From an uncultured Clostridia bacterium (GTDB taxonomy: Bacteria; Bacillota; Clostridia; Christensenellales; UBA1242): a DNA stretch of 64,000 bases. Below the pieces are notes generated by a model. That model ran no database searches. It saw only the letters and a list, made by a program, of their open reading frames with translations, and was not told the origin of the DNA. The stretch covers positions 24,411 through 88,410 of the forward strand of contig CALVOK010000043.1 in assembly GCA_944350275.1 (NCBI GenBank), in the 5' to 3' direction. A program made the position numbers and the translations under genes. Shown piece after piece: positions 1 to 9,800 of the stretch. Positions within the stretch are counted from its first letter, which is position 1. Each line of letters opens with the position of its first letter.

Positions 1-454
1 ATTTGTGATATTTACTGCCACTGTTTATCATAAATGCCCTATAAATCTGTTCAATAACCACCACTCTTGCAAGGTTATGAGGCAGGGTTATTTTGCCAAG
101 CGACAGCCGTTCGTCTGCCCTGTTTTTTACCTCGTCGCTGACACCATATGAGCCACCTATTATAAAGTTTATGGTGCTTTGTTGTTGGGCTATATTCTTT
201 AACTTGTCCGCTAGTTGCTGACTTGAGAGTTCCTTTCCGTCAATGTCGAGCAGAATTGAATAGCCCTGCAAATTTTCTAGTATCTCCCTGCCTTCCTCGA
301 AAAGTATCCTATTTTTATCCTGGTATTTGTTTTGTTCGCTTAACTCTTTGATGTTTATCTTGCAAAACCTTTGCAGTCGTTTTTGGTATTCTGCGACCGC
401 CTCTTTCCAGAACTCCTCCTTTAACTGTCCGACGCAGACTAAGTTTATATTCAT
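1..454 (-). CDS. rlmH: 23S rRNA (pseudouridine1915-N3)-methyltransferase RlmH; the last few C-terminal residues lie beyond the window edge
   Basis: Not in the ORF track because it runs off the edge. Reverse-strand translation from the ATG at 454-452 gives MNINLVCVGQLKEEFWKEAVAEYQKRLQRF...LLDIDGKELSSQQLA...FIIGGSYGVSDEV...ITLPHNLARVVVIEQIYRAF, a typical RlmH/SPOUT pattern. Its start overlaps the stop of the upstream CPBP gene as ATGA. Confidence 0.8.
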   Translation of the reverse strand, partial: MNINLVCVGQLKEEFWKEAVAEYQKRLQRFCKINIKELSEQNKYQDKNRILFEEGREILENLQGYSILLDIDGKELSSQQLADKLKNIAQQQSTINFIIGGSYGVSDEVKNRADERLSLGKITLPHNLARVVVIEQIYRAFMINSGSKYHK

Positions 455-1587
455 AGGAAGATTCCCCAGATAAACGTCATAAATGTAATCAGTCCCATAA
501 GCACGAAACAACATACCAAAAGCACTCTTGAGAGGTTGCTTGGCGGGTTTAGTTCGTCATCGCTGTACATTGAGTCGCTTATCTCATCAGCCACACCCTG
601 ACTTAGCGAGGTCTCATGAACGAGTTTTTGTAGGTCTTGACTTTCACTTCCAAGTCTAACCTCGTTGTTTGTAAGTTGAGCCACCTCTTCGAAGTAACTA
701 TCTCGAAGAACCTTTGTCATTATTGCATCTTGAAGAGAATTCATCTGTTTTAGCACACTTTCCTTGATGATACCTTTTATCAGCATTCTTGCAAGGATAA
801 AAAGCAGAGCGAAGAGTGTTACCATAAACAAAAAGGCAATTATAGGGTTATTTTCAAAGGATGCACCAACGAAGGTAAAAAATCCGTCGAACCTTAGGTT
901 GTTCATCCTTGAAAAAGACATGAATGTGCTTAAAAAATTGTTCATAAAGTGGATGATAATTGCAGGATATATGCAGTCGGCACGCATTGTCAAATACCCT
1001 AGGAGAAGTCCTATCAAGGTTGTGTAGAAAAACTGTTCAATATTCATATGCAACAGTCCAAAGAGCAGTGAGGAAATTATTATCGCCTTTTTCATACCAT
1101 AACTTGAAAGACCTTTGAGTAACATTCCCCTATGAGCAGTCTCCTCACATACGGCAGGAAAGATTGCAGTTGTCACAATGTTTACAAGGAAAAGCCACCA
1201 AGGATATGAGTCCATCGTGGAGCGGTCTGGGTTATAGCCAAGGTTTTCAAGTGCTAGGCTGAAAAATGAGGCTACAAAGACGTTGACAATGTATACAATA
1301 ATTCCAAGCAAGAAGGCATATAGCACTCCCTTCCATGATATTTTTTTATAGCCGTAGAATTTAAACACCTGTTTGGTCTTAGCCTTTTGCAAAGCCTTAA
1401 ACAAGAAGATTGATACCACAAACAGCATAACTTGGATGGATACATTTATAATGTACTTAGCCACGTCGCTTATCTGTCCGAAGAGATTGACCTCGTCTGA
1501 AAGTAAGATTTTCAATGTGACGAAAATTACCACAATGATTGAGTAACAAATAAGAGTATTTGTTGTAGTTCTGTTTTTTGTTTTCAT
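451..1587 (-). CDS. CPBP-family intramembrane glutamic endopeptidase (CAAX protease/Abi family), multi-TM, with a C-terminal soluble extension
   Basis: 378-aa ORF with the CPBP motifs EETAHRG (EExxxR), LLFGLLHMN (FxxxH) and HFMNNF, plus many hydrophobic helices. Confidence 0.8.
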   Translation of the reverse strand: MKTKNRTTTNTLICYSIIVVIFVTLKILLSDEVNLFGQISDVAKYIINVSIQVMLFVVSIFLFKALQKAKTKQVFKFYGYKKISWKGVLYAFLLGIIVYIVNVFVASFFSLALENLGYNPDRSTMDSYPWWLFLVNIVTTAIFPAVCEETAHRGMLLKGLSSYGMKKAIIISSLLFGLLHMNIEQFFYTTLIGLLLGYLTMRADCIYPAIIIHFMNNFLSTFMSFSRMNNLRFDGFFTFVGASFENNPIIAFLFMVTLFALLFILARMLIKGIIKESVLKQMNSLQDAIMTKVLRDSYFEEVAQLTNNEVRLGSESQDLQKLVHETSLSQGVADEISDSMYSDDELNPPSNLSRVLLVCCFVLMGLITFMTFIWGIFL

Positions 1588-1894
1588 AATGCTCCTTTTA
1601 ATTTATCTTGACGAATTGTTTTTTATATTGTCAAATAAAAATAATATATTTTGTCACCTATCAAATTATTTTTCAAAAATAATATCATAAAAATATCAAA
1701 CATAATATTATTTTATAAAACACATTTTTAAAATGACTAACAATATAATAATACAATATTTTTATGGTGTAAAGAGTTATTTTATTATTTCCCAAAAAAA
1801 TTTTTTGTCTAATTTAGCCGAATTTGTATCAATTTTGTCGTTTTATAAATTATTTTGTTACATTTTGTCGAATTGACTTTTTCCTGACGTCATT

Positions 1895-2887
1895 TTATAA
1901 GGCAAAATTGAATATTGTTATCACCAAAAATAACGCACACGACACGGCAAGAGAAATATAGATAAATTTTGATGTTTTTTGACTTTTTTCTTGAATCTCC
2001 TCTTTGCTTTTATGCTTGAAAAAGAACCTATCAATAAGGAAAAATATCCCTGCCGTCACTGCTAAGAGTGCTACCGCAAGCAGATAGAACCACCACTGCG
2101 AGCCAAGGTCAAGCGAGAAGGATGTGACATTTTGTAAATATGTAAAGAGTATCACCAAGAAGTTGTTTATAAAATGAACTATCATTGAAGAGACCAGCGA
2201 GCCTGTTCTTACCACCACCCATGCCATGACCGAGCCCAGCAAAAATGGATAGACAAGTTGTTGCAAGTTTTGATGCATAAGGGCAAACATTATCGCCGAG
2301 AGGAAGATTGCCGAGATGTCACCAAACCGCCTGCGTAACCCCTGCAAAATCACTCCTCGGAAGAGAAGTTCCTCTGTTATGCATGGAAGTATACATGTCA
2401 CAAAGACCGACAAAATAAAAACTCCAAAACTCTTTGGATTGGTCAGGCTCTCTGCCATGTCAGGCGAAGAGACCTCAAGCGGATAGCCAATAAGTCCAAG
2501 TAAATCATCCACCGCGCCTATAAAATATTGAATGCCAAAGAGTGCGACAATGCCCACCAAAATTACAATAAGATAATTTTTATAGGACATCTTAAACTCA
2601 AGTTTTACCGCCGAAAAACTAATCTTATTTGTTTTATTGTAGACAATAAAAAGCACCACCAAGGCACAGGCACTGACAATCTGCAAGGCGGTCGAGTACC
2701 AAATATTACCTGTTACAGCCTCGCTCTCCTGCCCGCTTGCACCTACAATTATATTTGCAATAAGTGTGAACAAAATTGCTAGAACAATCGGCAAAATAAG
2801 TGCGAAGAGATAAATCTTTCCACTGTCATCATCATTATAAAAATTACGTCTATCAAACGTCTTGCTGTCTATTTCTGTCTTTTCCAT
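1895..2887 (-). CDS. CPBP-family intramembrane glutamic endopeptidase (second tandem copy)
   Basis: 330-aa ORF with the motifs TEELLFRG, MFALMHQN and HFINNF; polytopic membrane protein. Confidence 0.8.
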   Translation of the reverse strand: MEKTEIDSKTFDRRNFYNDDDSGKIYLFALILPIVLAILFTLIANIIVGASGQESEAVTGNIWYSTALQIVSACALVVLFIVYNKTNKISFSAVKLEFKMSYKNYLIVILVGIVALFGIQYFIGAVDDLLGLIGYPLEVSSPDMAESLTNPKSFGVFILSVFVTCILPCITEELLFRGVILQGLRRRFGDISAIFLSAIMFALMHQNLQQLVYPFLLGSVMAWVVVRTGSLVSSMIVHFINNFLVILFTYLQNVTSFSLDLGSQWWFYLLAVALLAVTAGIFFLIDRFFFKHKSKEEIQEKSQKTSKFIYISLAVSCALFLVITIFNFAL

Positions 2888-2966
2888 TCACTTATTATAC
2901 AATAATTTTCTACAAAAGACAACAAAAGTGCTTTACTTTCTAACATTTTTTTATTAAAATTTAACT

Positions 2967-3428
2967 ATGATAGATTTTATTTCCGAGGCAATTAAAGAGG
3001 CAAAAAAGGCATTAAAAAAAGACGAGGTTCCAATCGGTGCCGTCATCGTCAAGGATGGCAAGATAATAGCAAAAGGTTATAACAGACGAGAACACAGCCA
3101 AAACGCACTCGACCATGCCGAAATGATAGCATTAAATCGTGCCTGCAAAAAACTCTCTTCCTGGCGACTTGATGGCTGTGATATCTACGTCACCCTTGAG
3201 CCCTGTCCAATGTGCTGTGGAGCAATTGCAAACGCGAGAATTTCTCGACTAATATTTGCCTGCAAAGAGACCACCTCACAGGATAATTTATGTGAGAAAA
3301 TTTTATCAAGTAACCGTCTCAATCATAAGGTTGAAATAATCTTTGATAACACCCACGAGGTCCAGTGCCAAAATATGCTGAGTGAATATTTTAAAAGTAA
3401 ACGTAAAAACAAGAATATTTTAAATTAA
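2967..3428 (+). CDS. tadA: tRNA adenosine(34) deaminase TadA
   Basis: 153 aa with the CDA-fold zinc motifs HAEMIAL and PCPMCCGA; size and N-terminus (EVPIGAVIV) are typical of TadA. Confidence 0.85.
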   Translation: MIDFISEAIKEAKKALKKDEVPIGAVIVKDGKIIAKGYNRREHSQNALDHAEMIALNRACKKLSSWRLDGCDIYVTLEPCPMCCGAIANARISRLIFACKETTSQDNLCEKILSSNRLNHKVEIIFDNTHEVQCQNMLSEYFKSKRKNKNILN

Positions 3429-3440
3429 CTTAAATAAAAT

Positions 3441-3660
3441 GTTGATTTTTGTTGATAATTCTTATTTTTCGTTGATTTTTGTATTTTTTCGTCGGTTTTC
3501 GTTGATAATTTTAGATTTTTGTTTATTTTCGTTGATTTTTGTATTTTTTCGTCGGTTTTTGTTGATAATTTTAGATTTTTGTTTATTTTCGTTGATAATT
3601 TTAGATTTTTGTCGGTTTTCGTTGATTTTCGTTGAATTTTGTCGGTATTTTTTTATTAAT
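3441..3660. repeat. Phased array of about 21 ten-bp T-tract words (gttgattttt, gttgataatt, ttagattttt, gtattttttc, gtcggttttc, gtttattttc), including a 60-bp higher-order unit repeated twice
   Basis: Direct reading. The words stay in exact 10-bp register. 3471-3530 equals 3531-3590 except for one base. The array is T-rich on the + strand and stop-free, which explains the spurious 74-aa track ORF 3439..3663. Confidence 0.9.
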
Positions 3661-3685
3661 TAAAAATACATTAAAAAATACAAAA

Positions 3686-3716
3686 AATGCGGAAATTAAA
3701 ACCGCATTATTTTATT
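3686..3716 (+). terminator. Rho-independent terminator hairpin (aatgcgg / ccgcatt) followed by a T-rich run
   Basis: 7-bp GC-containing stem 3686-3692/3702-3708, flanked by an A-run upstream and a T-rich tail downstream. Confidence 0.55.
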
Positions 3717-3935
3717 AAATTTTGCTTTTTATTAATCTAAGAAATTAAATATTTTTAACTGATTAAAAGCAAGTTCTATTTTATTAAAATTGAATTTGTT
3801 TTATTATTATTTTAATTAAATTTATTTTATAAAAATTATATTTTTAAATTAAATATTTTTTATAAAAATAATTAAATATTTTTTATAAAAATTTTAGAAT
3901 TCGGTCGCAACATCTTTACAGCCTATAAATATATT

Positions 3936-4421
3936 TTACAAAAGGTCCATAAGTTGTCTCTCAAACTCTTCCTCGCTGATTTTTCCCTCATTTCTGAGTT
4001 TTCTAAGACGTGCAATCTTATCCTCTTTGCTCTCCTTTATCACCTCGGTTTTATCGTCAAGCGGTATGGTCTTGTCATCCTTTGGGTTTATCCATACCCA
4101 GTCGGATATAAACATTGTTACTATCAAAAGCACGCATGACACTGACGGCAAATTTACAATTATTGAAAGCACGACGGCAGTCATATAATAGCCATATCTC
4201 TGCCTGAAAAGTTTTCCGTTGTTCCAAATCGACATGACAAGAAGAACGTCAATAAGTATTGAGCAGGCAATTGCTATAAACTCAAACACCACATAAAAAA
4301 CAGGCAATCTATAGTCAGGGTCCATCATAAACCACTGCACTACCGTATATATGCTGTAGGCGGTCTCTATCAGATTGAAGATTATTGCGACTATTATAAG
4401 CCATTTTTTTGTCTTGTTCAT
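3936..4421 (-). CDS. Membrane protein with a C-terminal SHOCT domain
   Basis: The ATG at 4421 is preferred (MNKTKKW..., preceded by the RBS aaggagag). About 4 TM helices, then KIARLRKLRNEGKISEEEFERQLMDLL, a typical SHOCT short C-terminal motif. Confidence 0.65.
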   Translation of the reverse strand: MNKTKKWLIIVAIIFNLIETAYSIYTVVQWFMMDPDYRLPVFYVVFEFIAIACSILIDVLLVMSIWNNGKLFRQRYGYYMTAVVLSIIVNLPSVSCVLLIVTMFISDWVWINPKDDKTIPLDDKTEVIKESKEDKIARLRKLRNEGKISEEEFERQLMDLL

Positions 4422-4628
4422 ATCTCTCCTTATATCAAAAAGTCTTATTGCAAACAAAAGACGTTTGTTTTATACTTACTATAACACATTTCACAAAAAT
4501 ACATTTTTTGTTGTTTGCAATATCTATTATGATAACATTTATCATAAATTATGTCAAATCATTTTGATAATTTCCTATTTTATTATATACTAAATTCATA
4601 CTATTATTACTTTATTTTTTAAGGAGAA

Positions 4629-5417
4629 ATGATGAAAAAAGTCAAAAATTTAAACATTGTTATCACAGGCTCGTCAAGCGGGATTGGTCAGGCACTTCGC
4701 TCCTACTATGAAAGTTGTGGCAACAAAGTGCTTGGAATAAGTTTGAGCGGTGACGACTACAATGCCGACGTCTCAGATAAAGAGGCTCTTGTCAAGGTCT
4801 TTGAGGATATAAAAACAAAAGTGCCGTCAATTGATATCCTGATAAACTGCGCGGGCTTTGGTCTGTCAGGTGCAATCGAACTTATAGATGAAAAACAAAT
4901 TCAAAAGGAATATGAGGTCAACGTGCTTGGTTCGGTCTATCCTATTCAACTCGTCCTGCCTCTTCTCAGCAAAAATGGCAAGATTGTCAATATCAGTTCG
5001 GCTTGTGCCCTCTTCCCTCTGCCCTTCCGTGCATTCTACTGCTCAAGCAAGTCGGCGGTAAGTATGCTTAGCGACTGTTTGCGAATGGAACTAAGTAAGA
5101 CCTCCATCCAGGTCACCGCAATCTGCCCTTGTGATATTAAGACTAACTTCACTAAAAATAGGCAAAAAGATTTTAAAACGAATGAGCGATATGGCGAGGC
5201 TATCAGGCTCTCTGCCGAGCGAATTGACAGTCGCGAAGATAAGAGGATGAGCATTGAAAAAGCCACCAAAATCATGACGAAAATCATAAACAAAAAGCAC
5301 TTCAAACCTCAATATGTTATGGGCATGAGGAATAAATTTCTCTATCAAGTGCAAAAATTTTTCCCAAAGTCACTGGTGCTAAAAGTTATGACAAAACTCT
5401 TCTATGTGGATAGATAA
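4629..5417 (+). CDS. SDR-family NAD(P)-dependent oxidoreductase
   Basis: TGSSSGIG Rossmann motif, NCAG, catalytic YCSSK (YxxxK), 262 aa. The start could be the ATG 3 nt downstream. Confidence 0.8.
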   Translation: MMKKVKNLNIVITGSSSGIGQALRSYYESCGNKVLGISLSGDDYNADVSDKEALVKVFEDIKTKVPSIDILINCAGFGLSGAIELIDEKQIQKEYEVNVLGSVYPIQLVLPLLSKNGKIVNISSACALFPLPFRAFYCSSKSAVSMLSDCLRMELSKTSIQVTAICPCDIKTNFTKNRQKDFKTNERYGEAIRLSAERIDSREDKRMSIEKATKIMTKIINKKHFKPQYVMGMRNKFLYQVQKFFPKSLVLKVMTKLFYVDR

Positions 5418-5446
5418 GTGCGGACAACAAATATAATTTTTAAAGG

Positions 5447-5790
5447 GAACGAGCGAGAACGAGTGAGAACGAGTGAGAACGAGTGAGAACGAGTGAGAAC
5501 GAGTGAGAACGAGTGAGAACGAGTACGAGTGTACGTGTACGAGTGAGTATGTACGAGCGAGTGAACGAGTGCGAACGAGTACGAGTGTACGTGTACGAGT
5601 GAGTATGTACGAGCGAGTGAACGAGTGCGAACGAGTACGAGTGTACGTGTACGAGTGAGTGAACGAGTGCGAACGAGTACGAGTGTACGTGTACGAGTGA
5701 GTATGTACGAGCGAGTGCGAACGAGTGCGAACGAGTACGAGTGTACGTGTACGAGTGAGTATGTACGAGCGAGTGCGAACGAGTGAGTGC
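5447..5790. repeat. Purine-rich satellite: about 7 copies of the 10-bp unit gagtgagaac, then about 5 copies of a roughly 56-bp higher-order unit (gagtacgagtgtacgtgtacgagtgagtatgtacgagcgagtgaacgagtgcgaac)
   Basis: Direct reading. Higher-order unit copies start at 5521, 5577, 5633 (42-bp variant), 5675 and 5733. The reverse strand has no stop codon in any frame, which explains the spurious 142-aa track ORF 5379..5807. Confidence 0.9.
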
Positions 5791-5792
5791 AT

Positions 5793-5885
5793 GGGCTCGA
5801 AAGTCAAATTTTAAATTTCATTTAAAATTTTGTTTTGCAAACTCGTTTGCAAAACTGCTCGCAGGAGCGAGCGACTTTCGAGCCC
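5793..5885. other. Perfect four-way-junction palindromic module: a 13-bp closing stem enclosing three abutting perfect hairpins
   Basis: Closing stem gggctcgaaagtc (5793-5805) pairs with gactttcgagccc (5873-5885). Inner hairpins are 5806-5830 (11 bp), 5832-5855 (gttttgcaaac/gtttgcaaaac) and 5857-5872 (gctcgc agga gcgagc). All pairs are Watson-Crick, with at most 1 unpaired nt between helices. Confidence 0.85.
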
Positions 5886-6115
5886 AACCTCACTTTTATT
5901 TATACAAAACTCTCAAACCCACATCACTTTTATAATTTTCATGTCAACCTCGCTTTTATTTATATATAACTCTCATGTCAACCTCAGTTTTATTTATACA
6001 TAACTTTCATGTCAACCTCGCTTTTATTTATATATAACTCTCATGTCAACCTCACTTTTTATTTATACAACATTCAACCTAATCTCACTTTTATATATGT
6101 TTTTCGAGCCCACCA
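5886..6115. repeat. Tandem 34-bp repeat (caacctcgcttttatttatatataactctcatgt), about 5-6 copies, bracketed by the direct repeat ttcgagccca
   Basis: Near-identical copies at 5945-5978, 5979-6012 and 6013-6046, with degenerate copies on both sides. ttcgagccca occurs at 5878 and again at 6104. Confidence 0.85.
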
Positions 6116-6224
6116 ACTATTTAACCAATCAATCTTCCAATCAATTCTTGCTCTTATTCCACCCCTATTTTGAAAATCTATCAAAAAAGCGAGCAATGAT
6201 GAAAATCAAAGTTCGCTTTTTGTT

Positions 6225-6552
6225 GTCGGTTTTTGTTTATAAACGTCGCAATTTGTTTTAAATCATCGAGTTTTGTATGTTTACGTCGGTTTTTGTTTAT
6301 AAACGTTTGAATTTGTATATTTACGTCGAATTTTGTTGCAAATTGTTGAGATTTTTCGCAAATTGTCGAATTTTAAATATAAAGTGTCAAAATTTGTATA
6401 AAATAGTCGGAATTTGTATCAAATCGTCAAGTTTTTTTCGCAAGTCGCCGAGAATTTGTATAAAATCGTCAAAGTTCTTTGAATATCGTCGTAAATTCTC
6501 ACAAACTGTCGAGAATTTTCGTATACCGTCGAGGTTCGTCGAAAAATGTCTA
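6225..6552. repeat. Phased array of about 17 twenty-bp units (consensus roughly aaacGTCGAAaTTTTGTATa) abutting the groEL stop codon
   Basis: GTCGG/GTCGC/GTCGA/GTTGA/GTCAA cores begin at 6225, 6245, 6265, 6285, 6305, 6325, 6345 and 6365 (exactly 20 bp apart), then at 6386, 6406, 6426, 6444, 6468, 6488, 6508, 6528 and 6548. This accounts for the spurious track ORFs 6277..6573 (+) and 6419..6616 (-). Confidence 0.9.
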
Positions 6553-6569
6553 TATTTCTCTCAGCCTTT

Positions 6570-8482
<1,913 letters not shown>

Positions 8483-8783
8483 TTTTTCCTCCTGCATATT
8501 TTTATACGAATTTTATTTTTGGTTTTCCTCTTTTCGAAATGCAATTTTTTGCCTTCAGAGGATACCATTTTGCCTTTAAAGTGGCTTTAAAATCTTCGCC
8601 TCGCCTGAATGGTTAAAATCTCTAGTTGTAAAAGATTTTCCCCCCTTAAAAGCAACTTTCAAAAGTAATTATAATACTTCTGCCCTGTCTTTTGCAAACG
8701 TTTTTTTGCTTTTACCGCTCATATTGTGCCACTTTTTGTCATAAACTAATTTATCATAGCAAAGGAGTGAAAATCAACCTTAT

Positions 8784-9596
8784 ATGTCAAAATTTACCAT
8801 AAAAAATCTGTTAAAGTCTAAAAAAAATGTGTTTTTGATTGCCTTGGCTCTCTTTTTGGTGTGCGCTAGTTTGATAGCAAACTGCCTATCTCTGATGATT
8901 GTTCCATCAAGTAGCACCTCAGAGAGCGTAAGTTACAACTCGTTTTCTCTTTATATGCTCTCTCTTGCAAAGTCGCAGGTGGAGAGCGAGGCAAACTCTC
9001 TTGCTGGTGACTACCAAAAAATTGGTGCGGGCGGTTATATCTGGAAAATTGACAATTACTATCACGTCATCTCATCAGTCTATGCGAACAAAAACGACGC
9101 AACTCTCGTGCAAAACAGTGTCAAGGCAAATCAGGGTCTTGATAGCGAGATTGTTGAGGTTAACTTTAAGTCTTTCTCGCTAAACGGCAATTTCTCGGCA
9201 GATGAGAAAAAGGTGTTAACAAAGTCGCTTGCCTCATTCTACGACTTTTACCTTGCTCTCTACGACATTGCAATAAGTCTTGACACCCTAGTATATAACG
9301 AGATATCTGCAAAACTTGCCCTCAATACCGCTCATAGCAACCTAAGTAACACCGTGCGTGACTTTAAAACGGTGTTTCCATCTCCTAGTGGCGAGATTGA
9401 ACTGCTCAGTCTTAGTCTTGACAAGGCACTGAGTGTGAGCCAAAGCCTTTGCGACGAGAGCACCTCTACTCAGACATTAGCAACTGCCCTTTCTCAAACT
9501 CAAACCTTTTCATCTACCTCTCAGACACTTTCATCAATGCTAAAATACCACTACACCACAGTGCTTGATATTTACTATCAAATGATAAATGGTTGA
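8784..9596 (+). CDS. N-terminally membrane-anchored hypothetical protein (possible SPOR-like beta-sheet domain)
   Basis: 270-aa ORF with a TM helix at aa 17-38. The segment GGYIWKIDNYYHVISSVYANKNDATLVQNSVKAN loosely resembles SPOR domains. No firm motif. Confidence 0.5.
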   Translation: MSKFTIKNLLKSKKNVFLIALALFLVCASLIANCLSLMIVPSSSTSESVSYNSFSLYMLSLAKSQVESEANSLAGDYQKIGAGGYIWKIDNYYHVISSVYANKNDATLVQNSVKANQGLDSEIVEVNFKSFSLNGNFSADEKKVLTKSLASFYDFYLALYDIAISLDTLVYNEISAKLALNTAHSNLSNTVRDFKTVFPSPSGEIELLSLSLDKALSVSQSLCDESTSTQTLATALSQTQTFSSTSQTLSSMLKYHYTTVLDIYYQMING

Positions 9597-9640
9597 AATA
9601 AAAGACCTGAGTAAAAATTTAAGCAGTTTTATAAAAAACA

Positions 9641-9761
9641 CCCTTTTCGACGTTACTAGACTTTTCTCGACGTGTTTAGACGTTGGTCGACAGTTATTGA
9701 CGTTTCTTGACTTTGGTCGACGGTTGTTGACAGATTTTGACGTTTTTTGTTTGTTTTTGAT
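9641..9761. repeat. Phased 10-bp array with the T(C/T/A)GAC core (reverse orientation of the GTCRA words)
   Basis: GAC recurs at exactly 10-bp spacing ten times (9649, 9659 ... 9739): cccttttcga|cgttactaga|cttttctcga|cgtgtttaga|cgttggtcga|cagttattga|cgtttcttga|ctttggtcga|cggttgttga|cagattttga|c. It lies between convergent genes. Confidence 0.9.
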
Positions 9762-9800
9762 TGAATTTAAGTTTTTAATGCACATTTTTCCCTCCTTGGT

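Noticed and set aside
3439-3663. Track ORFs lying on the repeat arrays: 3439..3663 (+), 5379..5807 (-), 6043..6261 (+), 6277..6573 (+), 6419..6616 (-), 9589..9804 (+) and 9540..9785 (-).
   Set aside because: These frames are open only because strand-asymmetric T-rich or purine-rich repeats lack stop codons. The products are pure low-complexity (F/L/I/V or T/R/S/H) strings. They have no RBS and no coding periodicity other than the repeat itself.
5447-6115. A CRISPR array.
   Set aside because: The repeats are contiguous tandem units with no unique spacers of constant length. There is no leader and no cas genes in the window.
8483-8783. A CIRCE (HrcA) operator upstream of groES.
   Set aside because: I looked for TTAGCACTC-N9-GAGTGCTAA on both strands of the groES leader and found nothing close. 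Only weak AT-rich hairpins are present.
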